This document shows, one piece after another, positions 38,837 through 50,216 of a stretch of DNA of 64,000 nt. The notes under the pieces were generated by a model, which was not told the origin of the DNA, ran no database searches, and was given only the letters and a program-made list of their open reading frames with translations. Source of the DNA: an uncultured Clostridia bacterium (GTDB taxonomy: Bacteria > Bacillota > Clostridia > Oscillospirales > Ruminococcaceae); the NCBI GenBank assembly GCA_947625735.1, contig CANQPL010000006.1:38844-102843 (forward strand), given 5' to 3'. A program made the translations under genes and the position numbers. The stretch's first letter is position 1. Each line of letters starts with the position of its first letter.

Positions 38837-39898
38837 TTGCTGGAGCAAAGCGATATCGACTTTGAGGAACGAATAATGTCGCCTGAAACTGTTGCCTCAG
38901 ATGAGGACGACATGGATTACTCCCTCAGACCTAAAACACTTGACGAATATATCGGTCAGGACAAGGTAAAGGAAAATTTAAAAATTTATATACAGGCTGC
39001 CCGCAACAGGAATGAAAGTCTTGATCATGTGCTGCTTTACGGTCCTCCGGGACTGGGAAAGACCACACTTTCGGCGATCATAGCCCATGAAATGGGGGTA
39101 AATATCCGCATAACATCGGGACCTGCCATTGAAAAGCCCGGGGATCTTGCGGCGCTGCTCACAAATCTTGCCGAGGGAGATGTGCTTTTTATAGATGAGA
39201 TACACAGGCTGTCCCGATCCATTGAGGAGGTGCTTTATCCCGCAATGGAGGACTATGCTCTGGATATCATTATCGGAAAGGGCCCGTCTGCACGGTCGCT
39301 GCGTGTTGATCTTCACAAGTTTACACTTGTAGGTGCTACTACAAGAGCGGGACAGCTTACCTCCCCTCTCAGGGACAGATTCGGCATAATACAGCGTCTG
39401 GAGCTTTACTCCTATGAACAGCTGACCGACATTATCCGCCGTTCCGCTGTTATTCTGGGTATTGCCTGCGATGAGAGCGGCGCTTTAGAGATAGCAAAGC
39501 GTTCGAGAGGTACTCCCCGTATTGCCAACAGGCTTTTAAAGCGTGTCAGAGATTTTGCAGAGGTAGTAGGCGGCGGAAGAATCGACAGCAGTATTGCCGC
39601 TATCGCCCTTGACCGCATGGAGATAGATTCATTGGGACTTGACAGCCTTGACAAGCGATTTCTTGATATGCTTATCAAGGGCTACGGCGGAGGACCTGCG
39701 GGCCTTGAAACGCTGGCGTCCGCTATCGGTGAGGAGGCGGTCACTCTTGAGGACGTTTGCGAGCCGTATCTCATGCAGCTCGGATTCATTTCAAGAACCC
39801 CGAGAGGACGGTGCGCTACCGCCCTTGCCTACAAGCATATGGGTTATAAGGTGCCGGGGGATAAAAATGTAAATTCGGATCAGACAACTTTGTTTTAA
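38837..39898 (+). CDS. ruvB: Holliday junction branch migration DNA helicase
   Basis: [38 protein letters not shown]. Confidence 0.97.
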   Translation: MLEQSDIDFEERIMSPETVASDEDDMDYSLRPKTLDEYIGQDKVKENLKIYIQAARNRNESLDHVLLYGPPGLGKTTLSAIIAHEMGVNIRITSGPAIEKPGDLAALLTNLAEGDVLFIDEIHRLSRSIEEVLYPAMEDYALDIIIGKGPSARSLRVDLHKFTLVGATTRAGQLTSPLRDRFGIIQRLELYSYEQLTDIIRRSAVILGIACDESGALEIAKRSRGTPRIANRLLKRVRDFAEVVGGGRIDSSIAAIALDRMEIDSLGLDSLDKRFLDMLIKGYGGGPAGLETLASAIGEEAVTLEDVCEPYLMQLGFISRTPRGRCATALAYKHMGYKVPGDKNVNSDQTTLF

Positions 39899-39925
39899 AT
39901 CTATTCATAAAGGAGTTTTTTTATT

Positions 39926-41287
39926 ATGGGAAGATTATTCGGTACAGACGGCGCAAGAGGTGTTGCAGTAACCGAGCTTACCTGTGAAACAGCAATGCAG
40001 ATAGGAAGAGCCGCTGCTGCCGTGCTTTGCAGGAAGTCGGGAAGGAAAGCAAAAATACTTATAGGAAAGGATACACGTATTTCCTCGGATATCATGGAGG
40101 CTGCCCTTACTGCGGGACTGCTGTCTGTGGGTGCGGACGTTGTCAGTTTAGGAGTTGTCCCCACGCCTGCCGTGGCATTTCTTGTAAAGGATATGCAGGC
40201 AGATGCTGGAGTGATGATCTCCGCTTCTCATAACAGCATGGAATTTAACGGTATAAAGCTTTTTGACAAAACAGGCTTCAAACTCTCCGATGAGATCGAG
40301 GAGGAGATAGAAGCACTTGTGCTTGACGAACCCGCAATACTTGCCGATTCCCAGAAAAACGGTGCCGAGGTGGGCAGGCTTGTTTATGATGCTGATGCGG
40401 TACAGCGTTACATTTCCCATATTCAGGAAACAGGCGAAAAAAATATACCGGGACTAAAGATCGCAGTTGACTGTGCGAACGGTTCTGCGTCTGCAACTGC
40501 CGAACGTCTTTTTAACGGGATAGGTTCAAAAATATATCTTTTAAACTGTGAACCTGACGGGATAAACATCAACAGAGAATGCGGCTCTACCCATATGGAG
40601 GGGCTTATTGATTTTGTCAAGGAAAACGGCTGCGATCTGGGTATTGCCTTTGACGGAGATGCGGACAGATGTCTTGCTGTGGACGAAAACGGCTGTATGG
40701 TAGACGGCGACAAGCTCATTGCAATTTTTGCAAAGGATATGAAAGCAAGAGGCACGCTTAATGACAATGTGGCTGTAGTCACCGTTATGACTAATCTGGG
40801 ATTTACATATTTTGCAAAGGAAAACGGCATAAAAATGGTCACTACAAAAGTAGGTGACAGATATATACTGGAACAGCTTCTGGCAGGTCATTATTCAATG
40901 GGCGGTGAACAGTCGGGGCATATTATTTTCCGTGATTTTGCCACAACAGGGGACGGTCAGCTGACGGCTGTACAGCTTCTTTCCGTTATGAAGCGAACGG
41001 GCAGGAAACTCAGTGAGCTTGCCGGGATAATGGAAAGATATCCGCAGGTCATGATAAACGTTAAGATAAGCCGCAGCATGAAAGAGGGCTGGAAGAATAT
41101 TCCCGAGATCGAGGAGATAATCGAAAAAAAGGAAAAGGAGCTTGACGGCAGCGGCAGGATACTTGTCCGTGAAAGCGGGACAGAGCCGTTGATACGTGTA
41201 ATGATCGAGGGCAGAAATTTTGACGAGATAAACCGCATGGCAGTTGAGATAGCCGATGTGATAAGAAAATTCTGCCCCGCAGATTAA
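39926..41287 (+). CDS. glmM: Phosphoglucosamine mutase
   Basis: LFGTDGARG, ISASHN, DGDADR, GGEQSGH, RESGTEP. Confidence 0.95.
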   Translation: MGRLFGTDGARGVAVTELTCETAMQIGRAAAAVLCRKSGRKAKILIGKDTRISSDIMEAALTAGLLSVGADVVSLGVVPTPAVAFLVKDMQADAGVMISASHNSMEFNGIKLFDKTGFKLSDEIEEEIEALVLDEPAILADSQKNGAEVGRLVYDADAVQRYISHIQETGEKNIPGLKIAVDCANGSASATAERLFNGIGSKIYLLNCEPDGININRECGSTHMEGLIDFVKENGCDLGIAFDGDADRCLAVDENGCMVDGDKLIAIFAKDMKARGTLNDNVAVVTVMTNLGFTYFAKENGIKMVTTKVGDRYILEQLLAGHYSMGGEQSGHIIFRDFATTGDGQLTAVQLLSVMKRTGRKLSELAGIMERYPQVMINVKISRSMKEGWKNIPEIEEIIEKKEKELDGSGRILVRESGTEPLIRVMIEGRNFDEINRMAVEIADVIRKFCPAD

Positions 41288-41314
41288 AAGCATACTAAAA
41301 AAGGATAGGATAAC

Positions 41315-42205
41315 ATGAGAAAAGCCGACAGATGGCAGGATTACCGTCTGATAGACTGTACCTGCGGTGAAAAGCTGGAAATGTGGAAAGATATCTCCCT
41401 TGTCCGACCCGATCCGCAGGTCATATGGAGGACGGAGAAAAAAACTCCCCTGTGGGACAGGGCGGACGGTCACTATTACCGCTCGGATAAGGGCGGGGGA
41501 CAGTGGAAATTTCAGAAGCATCTTCCCGAAAGCTGGAATATCCGCTATGAACTGATAACAGGTGAAGAGCTTACATTCAACATTCGTCCCACAGGATTCA
41601 AGCATACCGGACTTTTTCCCGAGCAGGCAGTGAACTGGGACTATATGGCAGAGCTTATATCCGAAAGAAAAAAAGAGGGCAGAGAGGTAAGCGTTCTCAA
41701 TCTTTTTGCCTATACCGGCGGCGCTACCCTTGCCTGTGCTGCCGCAGGCGCTTCAGTCTGCCATGTTGACGCTTCTAAGGGAATGGTACAGTGGGCAAGA
41801 GATAATGCCGCTGCTTCGGGACTTTCTCAAAGACCGATACGCTGGATAGTTGACGACTGCGAGAAATTTGTCAGGCGTGAGATAAAGCGGGGAAGAAAAT
41901 ATGATTGCGTTATCATGGATCCTCCCTCCTACGGCAGGGGTCCTGACAACGAGGTGTGGAAGCTGGAGGACTGTATATTTGAGCTTGTAAAGCTGTGCGC
42001 AGAGGTGTTGAGCAGCGATCCGCTTTTTTTTCTGCTAAACAGCTATACCACCGGACTTTCTCCATCGTCAACGGCATATATTTTAGGCGAAACTGCGGGG
42101 AAAAAATTTGACGGGATACTTTCGGCGGACGAGATAGGTCTGCCCGTAGAAACGGGAAGCTATGCGCTGCCCTGCGGCTCTACTGCAATGCTTGTGAAAA
42201 AATAA
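41315..42205 (+). CDS. Class I SAM-dependent methyltransferase (RlmI/RlmK-like)
   Basis: KHTGLFPEQ, VLNLFAYTGG, HVDAS, DPPSYG. Confidence 0.85.
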   Translation: MRKADRWQDYRLIDCTCGEKLEMWKDISLVRPDPQVIWRTEKKTPLWDRADGHYYRSDKGGGQWKFQKHLPESWNIRYELITGEELTFNIRPTGFKHTGLFPEQAVNWDYMAELISERKKEGREVSVLNLFAYTGGATLACAAAGASVCHVDASKGMVQWARDNAAASGLSQRPIRWIVDDCEKFVRREIKRGRKYDCVIMDPPSYGRGPDNEVWKLEDCIFELVKLCAEVLSSDPLFFLLNSYTTGLSPSSTAYILGETAGKKFDGILSADEIGLPVETGSYALPCGSTAMLVKK

Positions 42206-42214
42206 GGTGAGTTA

Positions 42215-43093
42215 ATGGATAATATCATCAAGGCAGATAATATCAGCTTTTATTATTCGGATATACAAGATGAGGATAAGCCCGCAGAAAATAAGATACA
42301 GATATTTGACGGGCTTTCCCTTGAAATAGCAAAAGGCAGCTTTACAGTGATCTTAGGTCATAACGGCTGCGGAAAATCCACTCTTGCAAAGCATATGAAT
42401 GCAATACTCCTGCCCTGCGGCGGAAAAATGTATGCAGCAGGCATTGACACTGCCGATGAGGAGCGCATTTTCGAGATAAGAGAGCATATCGGAATGGTAT
42501 TCCAGAATCCCGATAACCAGATAGTTGCATCTGTTGTGGAGGAAGATGCGGCGTTTGCTCTTGAAAACATGGGCGTTCCCCCCGAGGAAATGCGCCAAAG
42601 GGTGGACGATGCCCTTAAAGCGGTGGGAATGTATGAGTACAGAGAGCATTCCCCCTCACAGCTTTCGGGCGGTCAGAAGCAGAGAGTTGCCATTGCCGGG
42701 ATCATCGCCATGCAGCCTGACTGCATTGTGCTTGATGAGCCTACTGCCATGCTTGACCCTGTCGGCAGACGTGAGGTCATGAAAACAGTAAAGCGGCTCA
42801 ACAGGGAAAAGGGCGTCACCATTGTGCTTATCACTCACTATATGGACGAAGCGGCACAGGCGGAGAGGGTAGTTGTCATGGACGGGGGGAGGATAATTCT
42901 TGATGATACCCCCTGTGAGGTCTTTTCCCATGTGGACAGGCTCAGGGAGGTAGGACTTGATGTTCCCCAGTCCACACAGCTTATGTATATTATGAAGCAG
43001 AACGGATATAAAAGTGCGGATACACATATCATCAATGAGGAGGAATGTGCCGATCTTTTATATGACATTCTGACTAAGGGTGAACAAAAATGA
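42215..43093 (+). CDS. ecfA1: ECF transporter ATPase A
   Basis: GHNGCGKST, FQNPDNQ, LSGGQKQR, LDEPTAMLDP. Confidence 0.9.
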   Translation: MDNIIKADNISFYYSDIQDEDKPAENKIQIFDGLSLEIAKGSFTVILGHNGCGKSTLAKHMNAILLPCGGKMYAAGIDTADEERIFEIREHIGMVFQNPDNQIVASVVEEDAAFALENMGVPPEEMRQRVDDALKAVGMYEYREHSPSQLSGGQKQRVAIAGIIAMQPDCIVLDEPTAMLDPVGRREVMKTVKRLNREKGVTIVLITHYMDEAAQAERVVVMDGGRIILDDTPCEVFSHVDRLREVGLDVPQSTQLMYIMKQNGYKSADTHIINEEECADLLYDILTKGEQK

Positions 43094-43306
43094 TACTTTA
43101 TTTGCACTCAGAGCGATCAGCAAAAAAGGTGACATGACAAGGAAAAAAGCCGTTTTTTATGGAGTGCTTTCGGCGCTGCCCGTTGCAAATATAATTATCC
43201 CCTCAAAGCTGCCGGGGAGCGGGGCATTACAGTAAACAAAGATTTTTGAAAATCCGGAACACTATCTTCAAGGAAGTGTATCCGCCGATTTCGGAGGAAT
43301 AATAAA

Positions 43307-44185
43307 GTGGCAATTATCAAAACCGTAGATCTGACCTACACCTACAGTGAGGGGACGCCCTTTGAAAAAACTGCGGTGAATAAGGTCAACATTGAAATTG
43401 AAGAAGGAGAGCTTGTGGGTATCATCGGACACACAGGCTCGGGAAAATCAACGCTTATACAGCATCTCAACGGGCTTATCAAGCCTACATCGGGAAAGGT
43501 CATCATTGACGGAGAGGATATCTGGGACAAAAATGTAAAACTCAGGGATATCCGCTTTAAAGTGGGGCTTGTGTTCCAGTATCCCGAATATCAGATATTT
43601 GAGGAGACGGTCTATAAGGATATTGCTTTTGGTCCTAAGAATATGGCTCTTGATGAAAAGGAGATCGATAAAATGGTCAGAGAAACGGCTGCCCTTGTGG
43701 GGATCACCGACGATATGCTCAGAAAATCTCCTTTTGAGCTTTCGGGAGGACAGAAGCGCAGAGTGGCGATCGCAGGTGTTATGGCGATGCGCCCCAAGGT
43801 GCTTATCCTTGATGAGCCTACAGCGGGTCTTGACCCTAAGGGGCGGGAGGTCATTCTTTCACAGATCAAAAAATATCATGAGGAAACAAAGTCAACAGTG
43901 CTGCTGGTTTCCCACAGCATGGAGGACGTGGCAAGATTTGCAAGCAAAATTCTTGTGATGAACAAAAGCGAGGTATTCTGCTATGACACTCCTCCCGCTG
44001 TCTTTGCAAGGGCTGAGGAGATAGCCTCCATAGGTCTTTCCGTTCCTCAGATAACAAAGGTTTTCGGGCTTCTCAGAAGCAAGGGCATAGATATCAGAGG
44101 AGATGTGTATACCGTTGAATTTGCCATGAAAACTATAAACGAATATCTGGCGTCTCATGGGAAAGGGGGCGGAGATCATGCTTAA
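43307..44185 (+). CDS. ecfA2: ECF transporter ATPase A'
   Basis: YSEGTPFE, GHTGSGKST, FQYPEYQ, SPFELSGGQKRR. Confidence 0.9.
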   Translation: MAIIKTVDLTYTYSEGTPFEKTAVNKVNIEIEEGELVGIIGHTGSGKSTLIQHLNGLIKPTSGKVIIDGEDIWDKNVKLRDIRFKVGLVFQYPEYQIFEETVYKDIAFGPKNMALDEKEIDKMVRETAALVGITDDMLRKSPFELSGGQKRRVAIAGVMAMRPKVLILDEPTAGLDPKGREVILSQIKKYHEETKSTVLLVSHSMEDVARFASKILVMNKSEVFCYDTPPAVFARAEEIASIGLSVPQITKVFGLLRSKGIDIRGDVYTVEFAMKTINEYLASHGKGGGDHA

Positions 44186-44987
44186 GGATATCACTATAGG
44201 GCAGTATTTCCCCGGAAATTCTCTGCTCCACACAATGGACGCAAGATTCAAGATCATTGTCACTGCAATTTTCATTGTGATGATATTTGCGGCAGACTCA
44301 TTTTCAGCACTTTTGCCGCCGCTGATATTTTTCATTTTGGCATTTGCACTTTCGGGACTTCCCGTAAAGCTCATTGCAAGGAGCATGAAGCCAATTATCC
44401 CCGTGCTTGTCTTTACCTCCGTACTCAACGTTTTCTTTGTTGACGGCAAGGCTCTTGTAAGCATATTCGGCATCAATATCACAGACGAGGGACTTATTAT
44501 TTCGGGTATGATGGTGTTGCGCCTCATTGCACTTATCTGCGGTTCTTCACTGCTAACATACACCACTTCGCCGATTATACTTACCGATGCGATAGAAAAA
44601 ATGCTGAAACCCCTTTCAAAAATAGGATTTCCTGCTCATGAGCTTGCAATGATGATGACTATTGCTCTGAGATTTATTCCCACTCTTATCGAGGAAACAG
44701 ACAAGATCATGTCTGCACAAAAGGCAAGAGGTGCAGAGCTTGACAGCGGTACTCTGGTGCAAAGGGCAAAGGCTCTTGTACCGATACTGATACCCCTGTT
44801 TGTTTCATCATTCAGACGGGCGGAGGAGTTGGCTCTTGCCATGGAATGCCGCTGCTATCACGGAGGAGAGGGCAGGACAAAGCTCAGGGAACCTGTTTCG
44901 GGGGGCAAGGATTACGCAGCTCTCGGAGTAACGCTGCTGTTTTTGTGTGCAGTGCTTCTCATAAATATGGGAAAGGTAGTTATCTGA
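44178..44987 (+). CDS. ecfT: ECF transporter transmembrane component T
   Basis: DITIGQY, ALRFIP, AQKARG, LAMECRCY. Confidence 0.9.
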   Translation: MLKDITIGQYFPGNSLLHTMDARFKIIVTAIFIVMIFAADSFSALLPPLIFFILAFALSGLPVKLIARSMKPIIPVLVFTSVLNVFFVDGKALVSIFGINITDEGLIISGMMVLRLIALICGSSLLTYTTSPIILTDAIEKMLKPLSKIGFPAHELAMMMTIALRFIPTLIEETDKIMSAQKARGAELDSGTLVQRAKALVPILIPLFVSSFRRAEELALAMECRCYHGGEGRTKLREPVSGGKDYAALGVTLLFLCAVLLINMGKVVI

Positions 44988-45733
44988 TGAATGAACGCAA
45001 TCTGAAGGTACGAATAAGCTATTGCGGAACAGCCTATCACGGATTTCAGCGCCAAAATAATGCCATTACCGTACAGGAAGTCCTTGAGGACAGGCTTTCC
45101 CGCCTTACAGATGAGCAGGTAAAAATAAACGGCTGTTCACGGACAGATGCGGGCGTTCATGCAAGGGAATACTTTTTCTCATTCAGGACCTGCTCACGAA
45201 TACCCTGCAATAATATTATCAGAGGAATGAACAGCCTTTTGCCGGGGGATATAGCTGTTTCAGGCTGTGAGGAGGTCACTCCCGATTTTCATGCAAGATA
45301 CTCCTGTATCGGAAAGGAATACAGATATCATATACTTAACAGTCCTACCCGTGATCCTTTTCTTGAAAAAAGGGTATTTCATTATCCCTATAAAGCAGAT
45401 GCGGATATTATGAACAGCGCAGCGGCTCAGATAGTTGGAACACATGATTTTTCTTCATTCTGCGGCTCTCTCGGTGTTAAGGAGGATCCTGTGCGGACGG
45501 TAACTGTCTGCAACGTATCCCGCAGAGGGGATATCATAACGGTGATCGTCAGGGGAGACGGCTTTTTATATAATATGGTAAGAATTATTGTCGGGACACT
45601 TATATATGTAAATGAGGGAAAGATCGCTCACGATTCCGTTAAGGGTATCATTGAAAGCAAGGACAGGTCTCTTGCGGGGGTAACTGCCGAAGCCTGCGGA
45701 CTTTACCTTGAACGTGTTTTTTATAAGGAGTGA
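44987..45733 (+). CDS. truA: tRNA pseudouridine(38-40) synthase
   Basis: YHGFQRQ, SRTDAGVHA, FHARY, GDGFLYNMVRIIVG. Confidence 0.95.
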   Translation: MNERNLKVRISYCGTAYHGFQRQNNAITVQEVLEDRLSRLTDEQVKINGCSRTDAGVHAREYFFSFRTCSRIPCNNIIRGMNSLLPGDIAVSGCEEVTPDFHARYSCIGKEYRYHILNSPTRDPFLEKRVFHYPYKADADIMNSAAAQIVGTHDFSSFCGSLGVKEDPVRTVTVCNVSRRGDIITVIVRGDGFLYNMVRIIVGTLIYVNEGKIAHDSVKGIIESKDRSLAGVTAEACGLYLERVFYKE

Positions 45734-45737
45734 AAAA

Positions 45738-46919
45738 ATGGCTGTAACGGATATTTCTGAGTTAAGAAAAAAGCGGCAGGCTAAGAAAACAAAAAATATT
45801 ATTATCAAAATATTTGTGGTACTGCTCATATGCGGTATAATAGTTGTCGCTGTTTTTACAGGAGACAGATGGTATCCGTATTTAAGGGATATGTTTACCT
45901 CACCGCCTGCGGGCGGGCTGTCTCAGGGCTCTGCGGAGCTTGCGGAGGGAATGTTCCCCATAAAGGTAGAGGGGGGCATGGGTTATCAGCTTATGAGCAT
46001 GGATAACGCCTTTGCACTGCTTGACGATTCTCAGTTCCATGTATACAGCACAGAGGGAAAGATCATGACGGAAAAGCAGCATACCTATGCAAATCCCATA
46101 CTGTGCGTTTCGGGAAACAAGGCTCTTATATATGATGAGGGCGGACGTGAGTTCAGCCTTGAAAGCAAATATAAAACTGTCTACTCCAGAACGGCAGAAG
46201 ATGTTATCTACCTTGCCACGCTCTCCTCATCGGATTATGCCGCAGTTGTCACAAGGTCGGATAAATTTCTTGCCATGCTTAAAATTTACGATCAGAACGG
46301 CAAGGATTTTTTCACCTACTACAGCTATGACAGCCGTATAATTAATGTTACCTTCAACAGTCAGAGTACCGGCTGTGTGGTAACGGTACTTACTGCCGAG
46401 GGGGGCAGGCTGATGTCAAAGCTTATCCGTTTTGATTTTACGGATAAGGACCCTAAGTGGGAAAGCACTGCTGTCCCTACTCTTGCCCTTGATGTACGCT
46501 TTACAGGTGACGGCATCGTTATGATCGGGGATACCATGACCGCCTGCTTTAACACAGACGGAGTGCTGATGTCACAGTACACATATGAAAATCCCATTAC
46601 CGACTATGATGCAAACGGTGCTATGACGGCTATAATAACGGAAAACAGCGATCTGAGAAGAACAGAGATGATAACCTTTATCGGTATTGACTGCAATTCT
46701 CCGAAGGTCATTGTGCTTGACGACAATTCCAAAAGAGTCTTTACAGACGGAAAGTCTGCATATATTTTAGACAGTGCGGGTATAGATGTTTATGACTCTC
46801 TCGGTGTTCACATAGCCGAGACACGTCTTGAAGATGATTATGACGATTTGTGCAAGATCGGTAAGTATATCTTCCTTCTGGGATATGACAGTATCAATCG
46901 TATAAGCTTTTCGGGATAA
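45738..46919 (+). CDS. DUF5711-like membrane-anchored beta-propeller protein
   Basis: N-terminal TM; beta-rich repeats (YANP..C..G...LIYDEGG); sits next to a CvpA gene as usual in Clostridia. Confidence 0.6.
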   Translation: MAVTDISELRKKRQAKKTKNIIIKIFVVLLICGIIVVAVFTGDRWYPYLRDMFTSPPAGGLSQGSAELAEGMFPIKVEGGMGYQLMSMDNAFALLDDSQFHVYSTEGKIMTEKQHTYANPILCVSGNKALIYDEGGREFSLESKYKTVYSRTAEDVIYLATLSSSDYAAVVTRSDKFLAMLKIYDQNGKDFFTYYSYDSRIINVTFNSQSTGCVVTVLTAEGGRLMSKLIRFDFTDKDPKWESTAVPTLALDVRFTGDGIVMIGDTMTACFNTDGVLMSQYTYENPITDYDANGAMTAIITENSDLRRTEMITFIGIDCNSPKVIVLDDNSKRVFTDGKSAYILDSAGIDVYDSLGVHIAETRLEDDYDDLCKIGKYIFLLGYDSINRISFSG

Positions 46920-46935
46920 AGGAGATAAACGGCAG

Positions 46936-47877
46936 ATGATAGCATATATCTATGATATAGTCATAGTGCTGATACTTTTTCTGGGAATTATTACAGGCTA
47001 TAAAAGAGGAGTAATAAAGACGATACTGAGCCTTCTGTGTATGATAATTGCCTTTGTGACAGCATCGTTTTTCTCCTCTCCTGAAATGTGTTCTGTTATT
47101 TATGATAAATATTTTCATGAACCGGTCAGTGAGCGCGTCGAATACGGTGTAGCAGAGGTAAGACAACAGATAAGGGATAAGCTTAATGAGCAGCTCAAGG
47201 AGACAGCCTATGAAATGATCGACAAGCTCCCTTTCGGCTCAGAACAGCTGAAAGCGTATGTGGACGAATCGGTAAATACCGAGGGAATTTCGGCAATTTA
47301 TGAATTTTTGGGAATTGATATAAGAACACTATTGACTAATTCGGAAATTAGTGGTAAAATAGATATGATAGCTGATGAATACAGCGTTATTGCTGCTGAT
47401 GCGATCAACAAGCGTCTCCCTTTGGGAATAAAAGTAAGATCTGAGGATATCAGGCAGATAATGACAGATGTTGACGCCCAAGAGGCTATGATTTATGAGG
47501 TATTCGGTATAAGTTCGGAGGGAGAAAATGAGGGAGCAGCCGTGTATATCGAAAAAAAAATTATCCGTCCTATGTCTCTGAGAGTTCTGGGTGCGGTTCT
47601 GTGGACGGTTATTTTTGCGGTGGTGAATTTTCTTCTTCATATTGCGGTACAAATAATACTGATAATAAGAAAGCTCAAGCCCGTTAAGGTCTGTGACAAT
47701 GTACTTGGTGCAGTCATGGGCGCAGTCGGAGGATCGGTGGTAATATCGGTCTTTACGGTTATCATTGTAATGGTGGTAAATGTCACGGGGGGAATGTCTT
47801 TTATGAATGAGGATATTTTTTCCGAGACTGTTTTGTTCGGAAAAATTTATGAGATCTTTTATCGGATAACGGGGTAA
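46936..47877 (+). CDS. CvpA-family membrane protein
   Basis: DIVIVLIL..ITGYKRG..KTILSLL N-terminus; DNVLGAVMG near C-terminus. Confidence 0.7.
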   Translation: MIAYIYDIVIVLILFLGIITGYKRGVIKTILSLLCMIIAFVTASFFSSPEMCSVIYDKYFHEPVSERVEYGVAEVRQQIRDKLNEQLKETAYEMIDKLPFGSEQLKAYVDESVNTEGISAIYEFLGIDIRTLLTNSEISGKIDMIADEYSVIAADAINKRLPLGIKVRSEDIRQIMTDVDAQEAMIYEVFGISSEGENEGAAVYIEKKIIRPMSLRVLGAVLWTVIFAVVNFLLHIAVQIILIIRKLKPVKVCDNVLGAVMGAVGGSVVISVFTVIIVMVVNVTGGMSFMNEDIFSETVLFGKIYEIFYRITG

Positions 47878-47915
47878 CAAGTGTCCGTCACGGACAGAAA
47901 GGATTGATCATTTTA

Positions 47916-50210
47916 ATGCTTTGTACAAGATGCAAGAAACGTGAAGCAGTAGTATTCATTACAAGAATGCAGGGAAACGAGACCAAAAATGAGGGTCTTT
48001 GTCTTGTCTGCGCAAGAGATATGAACATACCGCAGATTAAGGAATATATGGAGCAGATGGGTATTTCAGATGAGGATCTTGAAGAATATGCAGATGCCAT
48101 GACGGGAATGATGGATAAATTTGATATGCAGATGTTCAAGCAGGGCGGAACAAATGCTTTGCCTAATATTTTCAACACCATTTTCGGAAATTCAAACGAC
48201 GAGCAGAAAAACGAGTATCCCAATGAAGCAAAAGAGCGCAGAGAAAGGATCAGACCCGAGGACAAAAAAAATGCGGAAAAGGACAAAAAAAATAAGAGCA
48301 GAAAATTTTTAAGCAATTTCTGCACCGATCTTACCGGACGTGCCAGAGAGGGCAAGCTGGACAGGATCGTAGGCAGAGAAAAGGAGATCGCCCGTACAAT
48401 ACAGATACTCTGCCGCCGTCAGAAAAATAATCCTTGTCTTATAGGCGAGCCGGGAGTAGGTAAAACTGCCATTGCCGAGGGTCTTGCTCAGAAAATAGTC
48501 AAGGGAGAAGTGCCCTTCCAGCTTGCTGAAAAGGAGGTCTTTCTTCTTGATCTTACCGCTCTTGTGGCGGGTACACAGTTCAGAGGACAGTTTGAGAGCC
48601 GTATGAAGGGTCTTGTTGACGAGGTAAAAAGTCTGGGCAATATTATACTTTTTATTGATGAGATACACAATCTTGTGGGTGCCGGGGAGAGCGAAGGGTC
48701 TACGATGAATGCGGCAAATATTCTAAAGCCTTCACTCAGCCGCGGAGAGGTGCAGGTAATAGGCGCTACTACCTTTAAGGAGTACAGAAAGCATATTGAA
48801 AAGGACAGTGCATTGGAACGCCGTTTCCAGCCTGTAACCGTCAACGAACCTGATCTTAACGATACTATTGAGGTATTAAGGGGAATCAGGGGCTATTACG
48901 AGGAGCATCACAGGGTAAAGATCACAGACGATATGTTAAGACTGTGCGCAGTGCTTTCAGAAAGATATATAACCGATCGTTTCTGGCCTGATAAAGCCAT
49001 TGACCTCCTTGATGAGGCGTGTGCAAACCGAAGCATCAGGAGTGCTGAGCTTTCAAGGTTTCGCACTTTAACTAAAAAAACAGGTGAAATGGAGGTTTAT
49101 ATCAAATCTCTTGAAGATGAAAAGGAGCCTGATTTTGAGAAGATCGCAGAGCTTAAAACGGAGCTTTTCAATGATAAGGCGGAGCTTGAACGGCTTAAGG
49201 AACTGGTGGAAAAAATTCGTGTAGAGGATAGCGATCTTGCAAAAGTGATAGAGCTTTGGACAGGTATTCCCGCAAACAAGATCGAGGAGACCGAATATCA
49301 CAGGCTTGCAACACTTGAAGAACAGATGAAAAAGCGGATAATTGGGCAGGATAAGGCTGTGGAGCTTGTAAGCAAGGCTATAAAGCGCACAAGGGTTCAG
49401 CTTAATATACGCCGCCGTCCCTCGTCCTTTATCTTTGTAGGACCTACGGGCGTGGGTAAGACAGAGCTTGTTAAGGTGATAAACGATGAGCTTTTCAGCG
49501 GAAATGATACTCTTATCCGTCTTGATATGACCGAATATATGGAAAAGCACACAGTATCCCGTCTTATCGGCTCACCTCCCGGTTATGTGGGATATGACGA
49601 AGCGGGACAGCTTACCGAAAAGGTAAGACGGCATCCCTACTCGGTGATACTTTTTGATGAGATAGAAAAGGCACACCCCGATATCATGAATCTGCTTTTG
49701 CAGATACTCGATGAGGGACGGGTAAACGATGCTCAGGGAAGATCCGTAAACTTTGAAAATACCATTATCTGCATGACCTCGAATGCAGGCTCTTCGGATA
49801 AAACGACAGGTCTGGGCTTTAATAAGACCGAGGGAGATATTTCCCGTGAAAAGGCGATGAAGGCACTTTCGGAATTTCTCCGTCCCGAGTTTATGGGACG
49901 TGTTGATGAGATAGTGGTGTTTGACCCTCTTTCAAAGGAAAGCTATGCGAAAATTGCAGGTCTTATGCTTGATGAAATGCGTGAACCTCTCAATGAAAAG
50001 GGAATTGCTCTTGAATATGACGATAAGCTCCTTGCAGCTATTGCCGAAAAATCCTACGGCAAAAAATTCGGAGCAAGAGATATCCGCAGCGTTATCAGGA
50101 GCGATGTGGAGGATAAGGTGGCGCAGATCATTATCGAAAAGGAAAACATGGGAATAAACGCTATTGTTCTTTCCGAGGATAACGGAGAGATCAAGGTAGA
50201 AAGCAGATAA
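47916..50210 (+). CDS. Clp protease ATPase with N-terminal Cys4 zinc motif (ClpC/ClpE-like)
   Basis: CTRC...CLVC; two AAA+ modules ([16 protein letters not shown]), GSPPGYVG, short UVR-like middle domain, GAR motif. Confidence 0.9.
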   Translation: MLCTRCKKREAVVFITRMQGNETKNEGLCLVCARDMNIPQIKEYMEQMGISDEDLEEYADAMTGMMDKFDMQMFKQGGTNALPNIFNTIFGNSNDEQKNEYPNEAKERRERIRPEDKKNAEKDKKNKSRKFLSNFCTDLTGRAREGKLDRIVGREKEIARTIQILCRRQKNNPCLIGEPGVGKTAIAEGLAQKIVKGEVPFQLAEKEVFLLDLTALVAGTQFRGQFESRMKGLVDEVKSLGNIILFIDEIHNLVGAGESEGSTMNAANILKPSLSRGEVQVIGATTFKEYRKHIEKDSALERRFQPVTVNEPDLNDTIEVLRGIRGYYEEHHRVKITDDMLRLCAVLSERYITDRFWPDKAIDLLDEACANRSIRSAELSRFRTLTKKTGEMEVYIKSLEDEKEPDFEKIAELKTELFNDKAELERLKELVEKIRVEDSDLAKVIELWTGIPANKIEETEYHRLATLEEQMKKRIIGQDKAVELVSKAIKRTRVQLNIRRRPSSFIFVGPTGVGKTELVKVINDELFSGNDTLIRLDMTEYMEKHTVSRLIGSPPGYVGYDEAGQLTEKVRRHPYSVILFDEIEKAHPDIMNLLLQILDEGRVNDAQGRSVNFENTIICMTSNAGSSDKTTGLGFNKTEGDISREKAMKALSEFLRPEFMGRVDEIVVFDPLSKESYAKIAGLMLDEMREPLNEKGIALEYDDKLLAAIAEKSYGKKFGARDIRSVIRSDVEDKVAQIIIEKENMGINAIVLSEDNGEIKVESR

Positions 50211-50216
50211 ATTTAT

